In this document: positions 11,011-20,152 of the stretch, one piece after another
Layout: each line of letters begins with the position of its first letter
How positions within the stretch are numbered: position 1 is the first letter of the stretch
From: Thermoanaerobaculia bacterium
Lineage (GTDB): Bacteria > Acidobacteriota > Thermoanaerobaculia > UBA5066
Assembly: GCA_038214715.1 (NCBI GenBank)
Contig: JBBQRP010000021.1
Coordinates: 2,126 to 66,125, forward strand
Direction: 5' to 3'
DNA length: 64,000 bases
The notes under the pieces: generated by a model
The model's input: only the letters and a program-made list of their open reading frames with translations
The model's database searches: none
Told to the model about the DNA's origin: nothing
Translations under genes and position numbers: made by a program

Positions 11011-11912
11011 CACCTGCGCGTGACGGACTCGAACCGGACGACCAAAATTCCGATCGTCTCTCCCTCCTGGCGGTTGAACACGATCCTGCGTCCGTCGGGC
11101 GAGACGGCGGGCCGTGCGTCGGAGAAGGGCGGCACCGGGAACGTGATCTGATGGACGTCCGATCCGTCCGGGCGCATGGAATGGAGCGCGAACGGCCCGT
11201 TTCGCCGGGATGCGAAGACGATGCGGCCGCCGTCCGGCGTCCATGCGGGCCATCCGTCGGCGGGAGCGTCGTGCGTGAGGTTGACGGGGTTCGAACCGTC
11301 GCGCCGGCGGAGGATCACGTCGTCTCGCCCTTCTTTAAGGTTCGCGAGGAGCACCATCGTGTCGCCTCGCGGTGAGACCCGCGCGCAGGTCTCCTCGTCC
11401 GCGCTTACGGCGAGCCGATGCAGGCCGGTTCCGTCTGGACGCACCTCGTAGATCTGCAGGCTTCCACCGTCGCGATCGGAGTTGAACAGGATCCACGCCC
11501 CGTCGGGCGACCAATAGGGATGGATCTCGCGGGCGGGGCTCGACGACACGTTGCGCAGTTCCGTGCCGTCCTCCTTCATGACGTAAATCTCGTCGTTTCC
11601 GTCTCGGTTCGACACGAATGCAATTCGCGTGTTGTCTGGCGACCAGTCCGGCAGCTGGTTGTCGAAGTTTCCGGTCGTGAGCGCGCGGTCCCGCGTCCCG
11701 TCCGCGTCCATCACGTAGAGCTGCCACTTCCCGGTGCGATTCGACTCGTAGAGGATCCGTTTCCCGTCCTTCGACCAGCGGGGATAGGCGTTCTTCACGC
11801 CCGCGGTCCAGAGGATCCTCGCGGGTGCGTCCGTGGCCGTTTGTGCGGCCAGCGGACGAGGCGGCGAGAGAACGACGGACACCACAAGCACAAACATGAA
11901 GTGTCGGTTCAT
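11010..11912 (-). CDS. Secreted TolB-like (PD40 repeat) beta-propeller protein
   Basis: Signal peptide; repeated P.WSPDG..I.F.S.R.G...IY.M..DG units. Confidence 0.88.
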   Translation of the reverse strand: MNRHFMFVLVVSVVLSPPRPLAAQTATDAPARILWTAGVKNAYPRWSKDGKRILYESNRTGKWQLYVMDADGTRDRALTTGNFDNQLPDWSPDNTRIAFVSNRDGNDEIYVMKEDGTELRNVSSSPAREIHPYWSPDGAWILFNSDRDGGSLQIYEVRPDGTGLHRLAVSADEETCARVSPRGDTMVLLANLKEGRDDVILRRRDGSNPVNLTHDAPADGWPAWTPDGGRIVFASRRNGPFALHSMRPDGSDVHQITFPVPPFSDARPAVSPDGRRIVFNRQEGETIGILVVRFESVTRR

Positions 11913-11986
11913 GGCCCTAGTACGGAATGCTTGCAGGCCGGGTTTCCAAAGCGCGGCGGAATTCGATCAGGAATCTGGCCCGAAAA

Positions 11987-12625
11987 TCACTTGTCGAGAA
12001 TTTCGAAGGCGCTTCTCGCGCGGATCGTGAGCGCCTTGTCGATCGGCTCCCACAGGGCGCGGGACTTGCCGGCCAGGCGTAGGTCATCGACGGGAGCAGG
12101 CAGCTCGGCGGCCGGCTCGAGGTAGAAGAGGATGACCTCGTGCCGTAGCTCCGGGTCGACGGCGCGGACGTAACGGTCGACGAGCCATCGTTTCGGTGCT
12201 TCGAGCCTCCACCTCGCGAGAAGATCGGCCACCGGCTTCGTCGAAAAGAGCTCCCAGTCCTCCTCGGGAAACGACTGGTGCAGGTACTCCTTGCCTCCGA
12301 GAGTCTCCATGCGAATGCGCGGGTAGCGAAACTTGAAATCCACTCCAGGCACGATGCCCTCGAAGTGCACGACGACCATCCGCCGGATGCGTCCATCGCG
12401 ACTCTCGGCGAAGAAGAACTGCTCCGTCTCCGCTCGCGCGGCCATGGCGGAGCCCTCGACGCGGCCGAGAAATGTAAGTGACTCGTCAACCCGTACGGCG
12501 ATCGTCGGGAGGGCAGACGAGGTGACGACCTGCTCCACGCGGCGGCGTGGAGCCTCGGCGGTGGCGGGGACGCACGCGGTACAGAGAACGAGTCCAAGAG
12601 ACGCGAGAGTGGGAGAGCTTGGCAT
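11987..12625 (-). CDS. Hypothetical exported protein, probable lipoprotein
   Basis: Hydrophobic N-terminus ending LVLCTAC; coherent 212-aa ORF with no recognised domain. Confidence 0.65.
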   Translation of the reverse strand: MPSSPTLASLGLVLCTACVPATAEAPRRRVEQVVTSSALPTIAVRVDESLTFLGRVEGSAMAARAETEQFFFAESRDGRIRRMVVVHFEGIVPGVDFKFRYPRIRMETLGGKEYLHQSFPEEDWELFSTKPVADLLARWRLEAPKRWLVDRYVRAVDPELRHEVILFYLEPAAELPAPVDDLRLAGKSRALWEPIDKALTIRARSAFEILDK

Positions 12626-12633
12626 GACGGAAA

Positions 12634-12660
12634 GACGCAGGCCTCGGAGGATGGTTACGG
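12634..12660 (-). promoter_or_regulatory. Putative ECF sigma promoter CCGTAACC-N15-CGTC
   Basis: Minus strand: GTAACC at 12658-12653, 15 nt spacer, CGTC at 12637-12634, 8 nt to ATG 12625. Same motif precedes the ECF sigma gene. Confidence 0.65.
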
Positions 12661-12692
12661 GGGCCTTCCGCCACGTTCGGAGACACCCATCC

Positions 12693-14777
12693 TCATTTCA
12701 GCATCATCCACAGGTACGCGTACTGCATCGCCGTGACTTCCGCCGTCTGTTTGTTCACCGCGCCGCTGCCGTGGCCGCCCTCGGTGTTTTCGAAGTAGTA
12801 GACGGGATGGCTCTGCGCCTCCATCTTCGCGACCATCTTCCGCGCGTGGCCGGGATGAACCCGGTCGTCTCGCGTGTTCGTCCAGAAGAACGGCGTCGGG
12901 TACTTCGTGCCCTTCTCGAGCAACTCGTACGGAGACCAGGTCTTGATGTACGCCCAGTCTTCCGGCTTGTCGGGGTCGCCGTACTCGGCCATCCAGCTCG
13001 CGCCCGCGAGGAGGTGGCTGAAGCGCTTCATGTCGGCCAGCGGCACCTGTGCGACGACGGCATGAAAGAGATCGGGGTATAGCGTGAATGTCCCGCTGAC
13101 GAGAAGGCCGCCCTGCGACCCGCCCATGATTCCGAGCCTGCGTGCCGACGTAATCTTTCGCGCCGTGAGGTCCGCGGCGACGGCGGCGAAGTCCTCGAAG
13201 TTGTGGATGTGCTGTTCCTTCACCGCCGCCTTGTGCCACGCTGGCCCGAACTCGCCGCCGCCGCGGATGTTCGCGACGACATAGACGCCGCCGCGAGAGA
13301 GCCAGGCGGCCCCGACGCTTCCGCTGTACCGCGGCACCTGGGACTGCTCGAAGCCGCCGTACGCGTAAAGGAGCGTCGGCGCCTTGCCGTCGGCCTTGAA
13401 GCCCTTCGGCGTCACGACGAAGTAGGGGATCTTCGTGCCGTCCTTCGACGTCGCCTCGAACTGTTCGATTTTCATCCCGGTCGCGTCGAAGTACGCGGGC
13501 ATCGACTTCACCTTCGCGGGCGCGGCGCCTGTCCCGGCGATCCACAGGGACGTCGGGGATGTGAAGTCTTGATACGTGAAGAAGAACGTGTTCGTGAGGT
13601 CGCTCGTGCCGTCGAACGTCGCCGTTCCGAGACCCGGTGTGGGGATTTCGGATCTCCTCCACGCCCCGTCCGCGAACGAAAGCGCCGTGATGCGACTCTT
13701 CACGTTGTCGAGCGTGCGGATGAGCAGGCTGTCGCGCGTCCGATCGACACTGGCCAAAGAGATGCGCTCTGTGGGCTCGAAGAGGATGTCGAAGCGCCTT
13801 ACGGAGCGCAGGACGTCATCGATCGGGCAAGCGAGAAGCGAGCCGGCAAGCCAGGTCTTCCCTCCGGTGGTCCAGTCGCTCCGGAGCGAGAAGAGGAGCT
13901 GGTCGCGGAAGAAACCCCTGATCTGGGAATCCTCGGGGAGATCCAGCTTGACGAGCCGATCGCCGAGAAGCAGGAAGGTCTCGTGCCGATAGAACGCCGG
14001 AGTGCGCGTGACGATGTCGTACCGGCCGTCGCTCAAGATCTCGCTCGAACCGCTCGCGGCGACATCCTCGGTCTTTCCCTCGAAAATCGTGCGGGCGGCC
14101 GAGACGGGAGTCCCGCGCTTCCAGAGCTTCACTATCCGCGGATACCCCGATGAGGTCAGCGATCCGGTTCCGAAGTCCGTCCCCAGCCAGAGGGTGTCGG
14201 CGTCGCGCCACGCGACGCTCGACTTCGCTTCCGGCAGCTCGAAGCCCCCGGGCACGAACTGCTTCGTCGCCGTGTCGAACTCGCGCCACACGGAAGCGTC
14301 GGATCCTCCGGGCGAGAGGTTGAGCATGCAGCGGACGTTTGCCGGTGGCAGGCAAGTCGCTCCGTGAAACACCCACGCCTTGCCGTCCGCCTTCGCGAGC
14401 GCATCGACGTCGAGGACGGTTTCCCACTGCGGAGCGGCGGTCTGGTAGGACGCGAGGGACGTGCGGCGCCAGATTCCGCGCTCGTGCGCGTCGTCCCTCC
14501 AGAAGTTGTACACGGTCTCTCCGAAGAGCTCCGGAGTCGGGATCTTCTCCTTCGAGTCCAGGATCTCGAGCGTGCGCTTGTAGATCGGCTCGTATTCCGG
14601 GCGCGCCTTCAGGAGCGCCGTCGACTTCGCGTTGTGCTCGCGGGCCCACGCGAGGGGCTTTTCGCCCTGGACGTCCTCGAGCCACTGGAACGGATCGGCG
14701 CCGGTCTGTACGGCGGCGGATCCCGCCAGCGCGGGGATGAACACCAAGGCTGCCAGCCGTTTCGCGAAGCACCTCAT
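12693..14777 (-). CDS. Secreted prolyl oligopeptidase (S9A)
   Basis: DPFQWLE, SKDGTKIPYF, YGGF, NIRGGGEFG, catalytic GGSQGG, DDRVHP, GGH. Confidence 0.93.
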   Translation of the reverse strand: MRCFAKRLAALVFIPALAGSAAVQTGADPFQWLEDVQGEKPLAWAREHNAKSTALLKARPEYEPIYKRTLEILDSKEKIPTPELFGETVYNFWRDDAHERGIWRRTSLASYQTAAPQWETVLDVDALAKADGKAWVFHGATCLPPANVRCMLNLSPGGSDASVWREFDTATKQFVPGGFELPEAKSSVAWRDADTLWLGTDFGTGSLTSSGYPRIVKLWKRGTPVSAARTIFEGKTEDVAASGSSEILSDGRYDIVTRTPAFYRHETFLLLGDRLVKLDLPEDSQIRGFFRDQLLFSLRSDWTTGGKTWLAGSLLACPIDDVLRSVRRFDILFEPTERISLASVDRTRDSLLIRTLDNVKSRITALSFADGAWRRSEIPTPGLGTATFDGTSDLTNTFFFTYQDFTSPTSLWIAGTGAAPAKVKSMPAYFDATGMKIEQFEATSKDGTKIPYFVVTPKGFKADGKAPTLLYAYGGFEQSQVPRYSGSVGAAWLSRGGVYVVANIRGGGEFGPAWHKAAVKEQHIHNFEDFAAVAADLTARKITSARRLGIMGGSQGGLLVSGTFTLYPDLFHAVVAQVPLADMKRFSHLLAGASWMAEYGDPDKPEDWAYIKTWSPYELLEKGTKYPTPFFWTNTRDDRVHPGHARKMVAKMEAQSHPVYYFENTEGGHGSGAVNKQTAEVTAMQYAYLWMMLK

Positions 14778-14785
14778 CGGTTCCC

Positions 14786-15352
14786 TCACCGGCATTCCGG
14801 CCCGGGGGAAGGGTCGGGATCTCCGTAGCGACTCCTGACGATGCGCATCGTTGCGCCCGCGGGGACGAGAATGAAAAGGCTCGCGTACTGCGACTCGCAG
14901 ATATCCGGCTGTTTCGTGCCCGAGAGCGCGGCGGCGATCGCGGGCAACGTGTTGCTGTGGCCGACCACGAGGACGATCTCGCCCGGGTGCCGGCGAACGG
15001 CGGCGACGACCGCGGCGACGTGCGCCGGGACGTCAGCGGACGCGACCGGCACGATCTCCGGCTTCACGGAGAGAGCGGCCGCGAGTGGCCGGGCCGTCTC
15101 CTGCGTCCTCGCGAACTGGCTCGTGACGATCGCCGTCACCCCGGAGTCGCGCAGCGCATCGGCGAGCGCGGCCGCGCGCGCGCGTCCGGCCTGAGAGAGC
15201 GCCTGGTCGCCGGAGGGCTCCGCGGCCTTCTCGGCGTGCCGGACGAGGATCACGGCGGCGGGCGGAGCATCCGCGGCCTCGACCGTCACGAACGCGGTCC
15301 CCGCGAGGGCCGAGAGGGCGAGGGCGGCGAGAGCACTCGAGAATCTCTTCAC
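14786..15352 (-). CDS. Secreted histidine phosphatase family (SixA/PGM-like) protein
   Basis: GTG 15352, signal peptide, LVRHAEK, RTQETA, VVGHSNT. Confidence 0.85.
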   Translation of the reverse strand: MKRFSSALAALALSALAGTAFVTVEAADAPPAAVILVRHAEKAAEPSGDQALSQAGRARAAALADALRDSGVTAIVTSQFARTQETARPLAAALSVKPEIVPVASADVPAHVAAVVAAVRRHPGEIVLVVGHSNTLPAIAAALSGTKQPDICESQYASLFILVPAGATMRIVRSRYGDPDPSPGPECR

Positions 15353-15511
15353 CGGGAAGCCGGCCTTGCCGGCGTAGGGCGGGACGAAGACGAGCGCGGC
15401 GTCCGAGCCGACGAGCTCCTCCTGCCCTTCTGGCACGGCCTTGCACGAGGGCGCAAGCCGGCCGTCGCCGTGGTGGTCGTCGAGGGGCTTGAAGCGCTTC
15501 GGAGTCGCCAT
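15353..15511 (-). pseudogene. Internally deleted and truncated MmcQ/YjbR-family remnant, in frame with the phosphatase
   Basis: MATPKRFKPL|DDHHGDGRLAPSCKAVPEGQEELVGSDAALVFVPPYAGKAG resembles the YjbR core (HHGDGRLALWCKA...FFVPPYVG..GW). Confidence 0.6.
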
Positions 15512-15540
15512 GGGTACGACGATATCAGGGTCAAGGGGGC

Positions 15541-17355
15541 TCAGAACCCCTTCGGCCGCTCCGCGCGGACGCCGAATGCTTTCTCGAGCGCGATTCCGAC
15601 GCGGCCGATCGTGCCCTCGTCGAACAGGTGGCCGACGAGCGTCACCCCGTGGGGGACGCGGCGCTTCGGCGAGAGCTTCGGCAGCGGGTGCGCCGGATCG
15701 GGCGCCCAGTCGCTGCGGGCCCTTTCGATCTCGACGAATCCCGCGGGCAGCGTGAGCGAAGGGTGGCCCGTGAAGTTCGTGATCGTGAGGATCTCGTCGC
15801 GCAGCGAAGGCACGAGAAGCAGGTCGACCTTCTCGAAGAGGCGCGCCATCTCGATCGCGACCTTGCGGCGCAGCCGGTCGGCCTGCACGTAGTCGACCGC
15901 GGACAGGAAGCGCGACTGGCGGAACGTGTTCGGCCAGGCGTCCGGCACCTGCATCTTCAGCTGGTCGAGGCCGCCGGAAAGCGTCAGCTCCTCGAAGGCG
16001 GCCGCGGCTTCGGCGAACAGGATCGTGTTCAGGGAGCCGTACGGCCAGTCGGGCAGGCTCACCGGGACGGGAACCATTCCGAGCCGCTTGACGGTCCCGA
16101 GCGCGGCGCGATCGACTTCCGTCGCGGGCGCTTCGTTCATCCACGCGGGAAGGAACCCGACCCGCAGGCCCGCGACGGGACCGTCGGCCTCGAAATCCAG
16201 CGCGCCCGGGACGCTCGAGACGTCGCCTTCATCGGGGCCCGAGATCGCGGCGAGGACGAGAAAGGTGTCCTCCACGCTCCGCGCCATCGGCCCGAGCTTG
16301 TCCATCGACCACGACAGCGTCATCGCACCCGTGCGTGCGACGCGTCCGAACGTGGGCCGGAGTCCCGTCACGCCGCAGCGCATCGAGGGGTCGATGATCG
16401 AGCCCTCGGTCTCGCTTCCGATCGCGAAGCCGACGAGGCCAGCGGCGGTGGCCGAGCCGGGGCCCGCGCTGCTGCCGCCCGAGCCCTCCTCGGGCGCCCA
16501 CGGGTTCTTCGTCTCGCCCCCGAACCAGATGTCGTTCAGTGCGAGTGCGCCGAGGCTCAGCTTTGCGACGAGGACCGCGCCGGCCTCGTGGAGGCGCTTC
16601 ACGACGACCGCGTCGGCGTCGGGCACGCGGTCGCGGTACGGCTCGGCGCCCCACGTCGTCGGGATGCCTTTCGTGTCGAGGAGGTCCTTGACGCCGAACG
16701 GGATGCCGTGGAGCGGGCCCCGATACCTTCCGGCCGCGATTTCGGCGTCCGCACGCCGCGCCTTTTCGAGTGCGAAGTCCGGCGTCAGGGTGATGACGCA
16801 CTTCAGCTGTGGGTCGAATCGCCTGAGACGCTCGAGATAGATCTTCGTGAGGCGCTCGGACGTGAGGCTCCTCGTCTCGATCCAGCGAGAGAGGGCCGTC
16901 ACCGGCGCGAATGCGATGTCCTCGTCCCGCGACGGGAGGGGGGCCGGCGCGGCGTTGCTGCGCGCGAAGACGTCGCGCGCCGGGCCGGCGGAGGTGCCGG
17001 GCAGCACTGGATTCCACTGCGATGCCGGCGCGAGAGTCGGCTCGAGGGAGACTCTTTTCGGGCCGGTGCGCCGTTCCATCGTGCCCGCGAGGGACGTGCG
17101 CCAGTTGCCCGCGGCCTGCGCGCGGTCCTTCGGCGTCAGGGTGACGCGGACGAGTTTTTCGGCCTCGGCGATCGTCGCGGGGGAGATCTCGGCTCCCACC
17201 GGCGGCGCCGTCCCGAAGGCGGGCGGCGTCCCGGCGGCGGGCGTTGGCTGCGAAGGCGGGGTGGACGGCGTCTGGGCATCGCCGCGGGCGCTCACGGCGA
17301 TCCCCGCGGCTCCGGCGGCGGCGGCGGTCAGGAAGTCCCGGCGGGAATTCGGCAT
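15541..17355 (-). CDS. Tat-exported amidase-signature enzyme with N-terminal GatC-like extension
   Basis: SRRDFL Tat motif; GVKDL, GGSSAG, GSETEGSI...CGVTGLRPTFGRV. Confidence 0.9.
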   Translation of the reverse strand: MPNSRRDFLTAAAAGAAGIAVSARGDAQTPSTPPSQPTPAAGTPPAFGTAPPVGAEISPATIAEAEKLVRVTLTPKDRAQAAGNWRTSLAGTMERRTGPKRVSLEPTLAPASQWNPVLPGTSAGPARDVFARSNAAPAPLPSRDEDIAFAPVTALSRWIETRSLTSERLTKIYLERLRRFDPQLKCVITLTPDFALEKARRADAEIAAGRYRGPLHGIPFGVKDLLDTKGIPTTWGAEPYRDRVPDADAVVVKRLHEAGAVLVAKLSLGALALNDIWFGGETKNPWAPEEGSGGSSAGPGSATAAGLVGFAIGSETEGSIIDPSMRCGVTGLRPTFGRVARTGAMTLSWSMDKLGPMARSVEDTFLVLAAISGPDEGDVSSVPGALDFEADGPVAGLRVGFLPAWMNEAPATEVDRAALGTVKRLGMVPVPVSLPDWPYGSLNTILFAEAAAAFEELTLSGGLDQLKMQVPDAWPNTFRQSRFLSAVDYVQADRLRRKVAIEMARLFEKVDLLLVPSLRDEILTITNFTGHPSLTLPAGFVEIERARSDWAPDPAHPLPKLSPKRRVPHGVTLVGHLFDEGTIGRVGIALEKAFGVRAERPKGF

Positions 17356-17423
17356 GCCCTACTCTACAAGGCGCCGCGTCCGCGAGTCCCGGTCGATAAT
17401 CCCTCCATCGAATCGGAGGCACC

Positions 17424-20075
17424 ATGCGCCGCTTACTCGCTCTCGCCCTTCTGTCGTGGACCGGTCTCGCCCTCGCCGTGCCGCCTTTCGTGGAGAAGAC
17501 GCTCCCTAACGGTCTCACCGTCGTAGTCGTCGAAAGCCACGCCCAGCCGCTCGTGACCGTCGAGATCGGTGTGAAGAACGGCTCCATGACGGAGGACGAG
17601 CGATACAACGGCGTCTCGCACCTGTACGAACACATGTTCTTCAAGGCGAACGCAGTCCTCCCGAATCAGGAGGCGTATATGGCGCGGGCGCGCGAGCTCG
17701 GCCTCCTCTGGAACGGGACGACGAACACGGAGCGCGTGAACTACTTCTTCACGACGACGACCAAGCACTTCGCAGACGCGATGGTCTTCATGCGCGACGC
17801 GATCGTCTCGCCGCGATTCGAGTCGAAGGAGCTCGAGAAGGAACGCGTCGTCGTCACCGGCGAGATCGACCGGAACCTCTCGAATCCGTACTTCCATCTG
17901 TATCACGACGTCCTCGAGAAGCTGTGGTGGAAGTACCCGACGCGGAAGGACCCGCTCGGTACGCGTGCGACCGTCCTTTCGGCCACGCCGGAGATGATGA
18001 GGACGATCCAGAAGCGCTACTACGTTCCGAACAACTCGGTCCTTGTCGTGACGGGCGACGTAAAGGCGGACGACGTCTTCGCGTCGGCCGCGACGCTCTA
18101 CGCGGGCTGGCCGCGGGCGGAGGATCCGTTCGTGAAGTTCCCGCTCGTCGTGCACCCGCCCCTGCCGAAGACCGAGGTCGTGTGGGTCGAGCAGCCCGTG
18201 CGGACGATGACGGCGTCCTTCAATTGGCACGGTCCGTCGACGGAAGGGCCGGACGTCGCGTCTACCTATGCGGCGGACCTCCTCGGCTACGCGGTCGCGC
18301 AGCCGTCTTCGAGGTTCCAGAAGGCGCTCGTCGACTCCGGCGCCTGTGTGAGCGCCCAGTTCAGCTGGCAGACGCAGCGCAACGTCGGGCCCGTCATGCT
18401 CCGCGTGACGGCGATGTCTGAAAAGGGGGAGGCGTGCCTCGCGGCCGCGCTCGCGGAACTTCCCAATATGAGGGGACCGGACTACCTCTCCGGCGACGAA
18501 ATGACGAACGCCGCACTTGCGTTGCGCATCGACTTCGCGAAACAGCGCGAGCAGCCGAGCGGCTACGCCCACACGATCACGTTCTGGTGGGCCTCGGCGG
18601 GCCTCGACTATTACCGCCATTACGAGGACAACGTCGCGAAGGCGACGCGAGCCGATGTCGCGCGCTTCCTCGACGCGTACGTCCTCGGGAAGCCGTACGT
18701 CCTCGGCGTCATGGTGTCGCCCGAGGCCGCGAAGTCCGTCCTTTCCCGCGGTCAGATCGAGGCCCTCGTCGCGAAGGCCGCGGCCGCGCCCGCCGCCTCT
18801 GCGGTCCGGGAGGCCGTTCCCGCCGCGACCGCCGTCGACGGCGACGTCACCGCGTTCGACGTGAACGGCCTCGAGATCCTCGTCAAGCGGGTTCCGTCCG
18901 CAGAGTTCGTCGCCGCCTCTCTCGTCGTGAAGGGCGGCGTCCGCAACTGGACGAAGGAGCAGGCCGGGATCGAGGCGCTCGCGCTCGGGACCGCGTCCAC
19001 CGGCGGGACGGACCGTCTCGACAAGGACGCGTTCGCCCGGCGCCTCGAGTCGATGGGGAGCACGATCTCCGCGCGGTCGACGAACGACTTCGGGATGCTG
19101 TCCGTCAAGAGCCTGCGGGCGAGCTTCCCGGCCACGTTCGACCTCCTCGCGGACGCGTTCCTGAGGCCGGCGCTGCCGGCCTCCGAGATCGTCCTCGTGA
19201 AGCAGCGGATGCTCACGGGCCTCAAGCACCAGCTCGAGGACCCGGACGGCGCGCTTGGACTCCTCGAGGAGAAGGCCCTCTTCACCGGACACCCGTACGA
19301 GCGGCGGGCCGGCGGGATGCTCACGACTGTCGCCGCGCTCTCGCGCGAGGACGCGGAGCGGTATCTCGCGAGGGTCCGCGAGGCGGCGCACCTCCTCCTC
19401 GTCGTCGTCGGGGACGTGGAGCCGGCCGACGTCGCCCGCCGGGCGCGCAGCGCTTTCGGGGCGCTGCCGCGGGGCGATTTCCGCGAGGAGCCGATCGCGC
19501 CTCCCGCCTTCAGGAAGCCGGCCCTCGCCGCCGAGTCGCGGCCGCTCGACACGAACTACGTCGCGCGCCTCTTTCCGGTGCCGCACCCCGGTGACGAGGA
19601 GTACCCGGCGGCGCGCGTCGCGACCAGTCTCCTGAGCTACCGCCTCTTCGAGGAGGTCCGCACGAAGCGCAATCTCTCGTACGCCCCTTTCGCGGCGATC
19701 AACAACGGTGCCGTCGCGTACGGGGAGCTTTACGTCACGGCCGTCGACCCACCAATGACGCTGAAGGTCATGGACGCCGAGGTCGAGAGGCTCAAGAAGA
19801 AGCCGGTCTCGGCCAAGGAGCTGACGGACACGAAGGAGCAGTATCTGAGCAACTTCGTCGCCGCGAACGAGACGACCGACGCGCAGGGGCTCTTACTCAC
19901 CTCCTGGAGGATCTTCTCCGGCGACTTCCGCGAGGCGCGGACGATCCCGGAGCGGATCCGGGCGGTGACCGCCGAGGAGGTGAGGGAGTTCGCGCGGAAG
20001 TACTTCGTGAACATGCAGACCGCCTATCTCGGCGACACGGCGAAGCTTCCGGTGGAGCTCAAGCCGGTTCCGTAG
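17424..20075 (+). CDS. Secreted M16 (pitrilysin-like) zinc peptidase with tandem domains
   Basis: Signal peptide, LPNGL, HLYEH (HxxEH), second half with RLFEEVRTKRNLSY; RBS GGAGG. Confidence 0.92.
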   Translation: MRRLLALALLSWTGLALAVPPFVEKTLPNGLTVVVVESHAQPLVTVEIGVKNGSMTEDERYNGVSHLYEHMFFKANAVLPNQEAYMARARELGLLWNGTTNTERVNYFFTTTTKHFADAMVFMRDAIVSPRFESKELEKERVVVTGEIDRNLSNPYFHLYHDVLEKLWWKYPTRKDPLGTRATVLSATPEMMRTIQKRYYVPNNSVLVVTGDVKADDVFASAATLYAGWPRAEDPFVKFPLVVHPPLPKTEVVWVEQPVRTMTASFNWHGPSTEGPDVASTYAADLLGYAVAQPSSRFQKALVDSGACVSAQFSWQTQRNVGPVMLRVTAMSEKGEACLAAALAELPNMRGPDYLSGDEMTNAALALRIDFAKQREQPSGYAHTITFWWASAGLDYYRHYEDNVAKATRADVARFLDAYVLGKPYVLGVMVSPEAAKSVLSRGQIEALVAKAAAAPAASAVREAVPAATAVDGDVTAFDVNGLEILVKRVPSAEFVAASLVVKGGVRNWTKEQAGIEALALGTASTGGTDRLDKDAFARRLESMGSTISARSTNDFGMLSVKSLRASFPATFDLLADAFLRPALPASEIVLVKQRMLTGLKHQLEDPDGALGLLEEKALFTGHPYERRAGGMLTTVAALSREDAERYLARVREAAHLLLVVVGDVEPADVARRARSAFGALPRGDFREEPIAPPAFRKPALAAESRPLDTNYVARLFPVPHPGDEEYPAARVATSLLSYRLFEEVRTKRNLSYAPFAAINNGAVAYGELYVTAVDPPMTLKVMDAEVERLKKKPVSAKELTDTKEQYLSNFVAANETTDAQGLLLTSWRIFSGDFREARTIPERIRAVTAEEVREFARKYFVNMQTAYLGDTAKLPVELKPVP

Positions 20076-20152
20076 CGTCTCAGCCGCGTCGGAAGGCCTT
20101 ATGATGGGTCATCGTCTCCCGAGACGCTGACTCCTCGATCCCCTTGCCGGGA

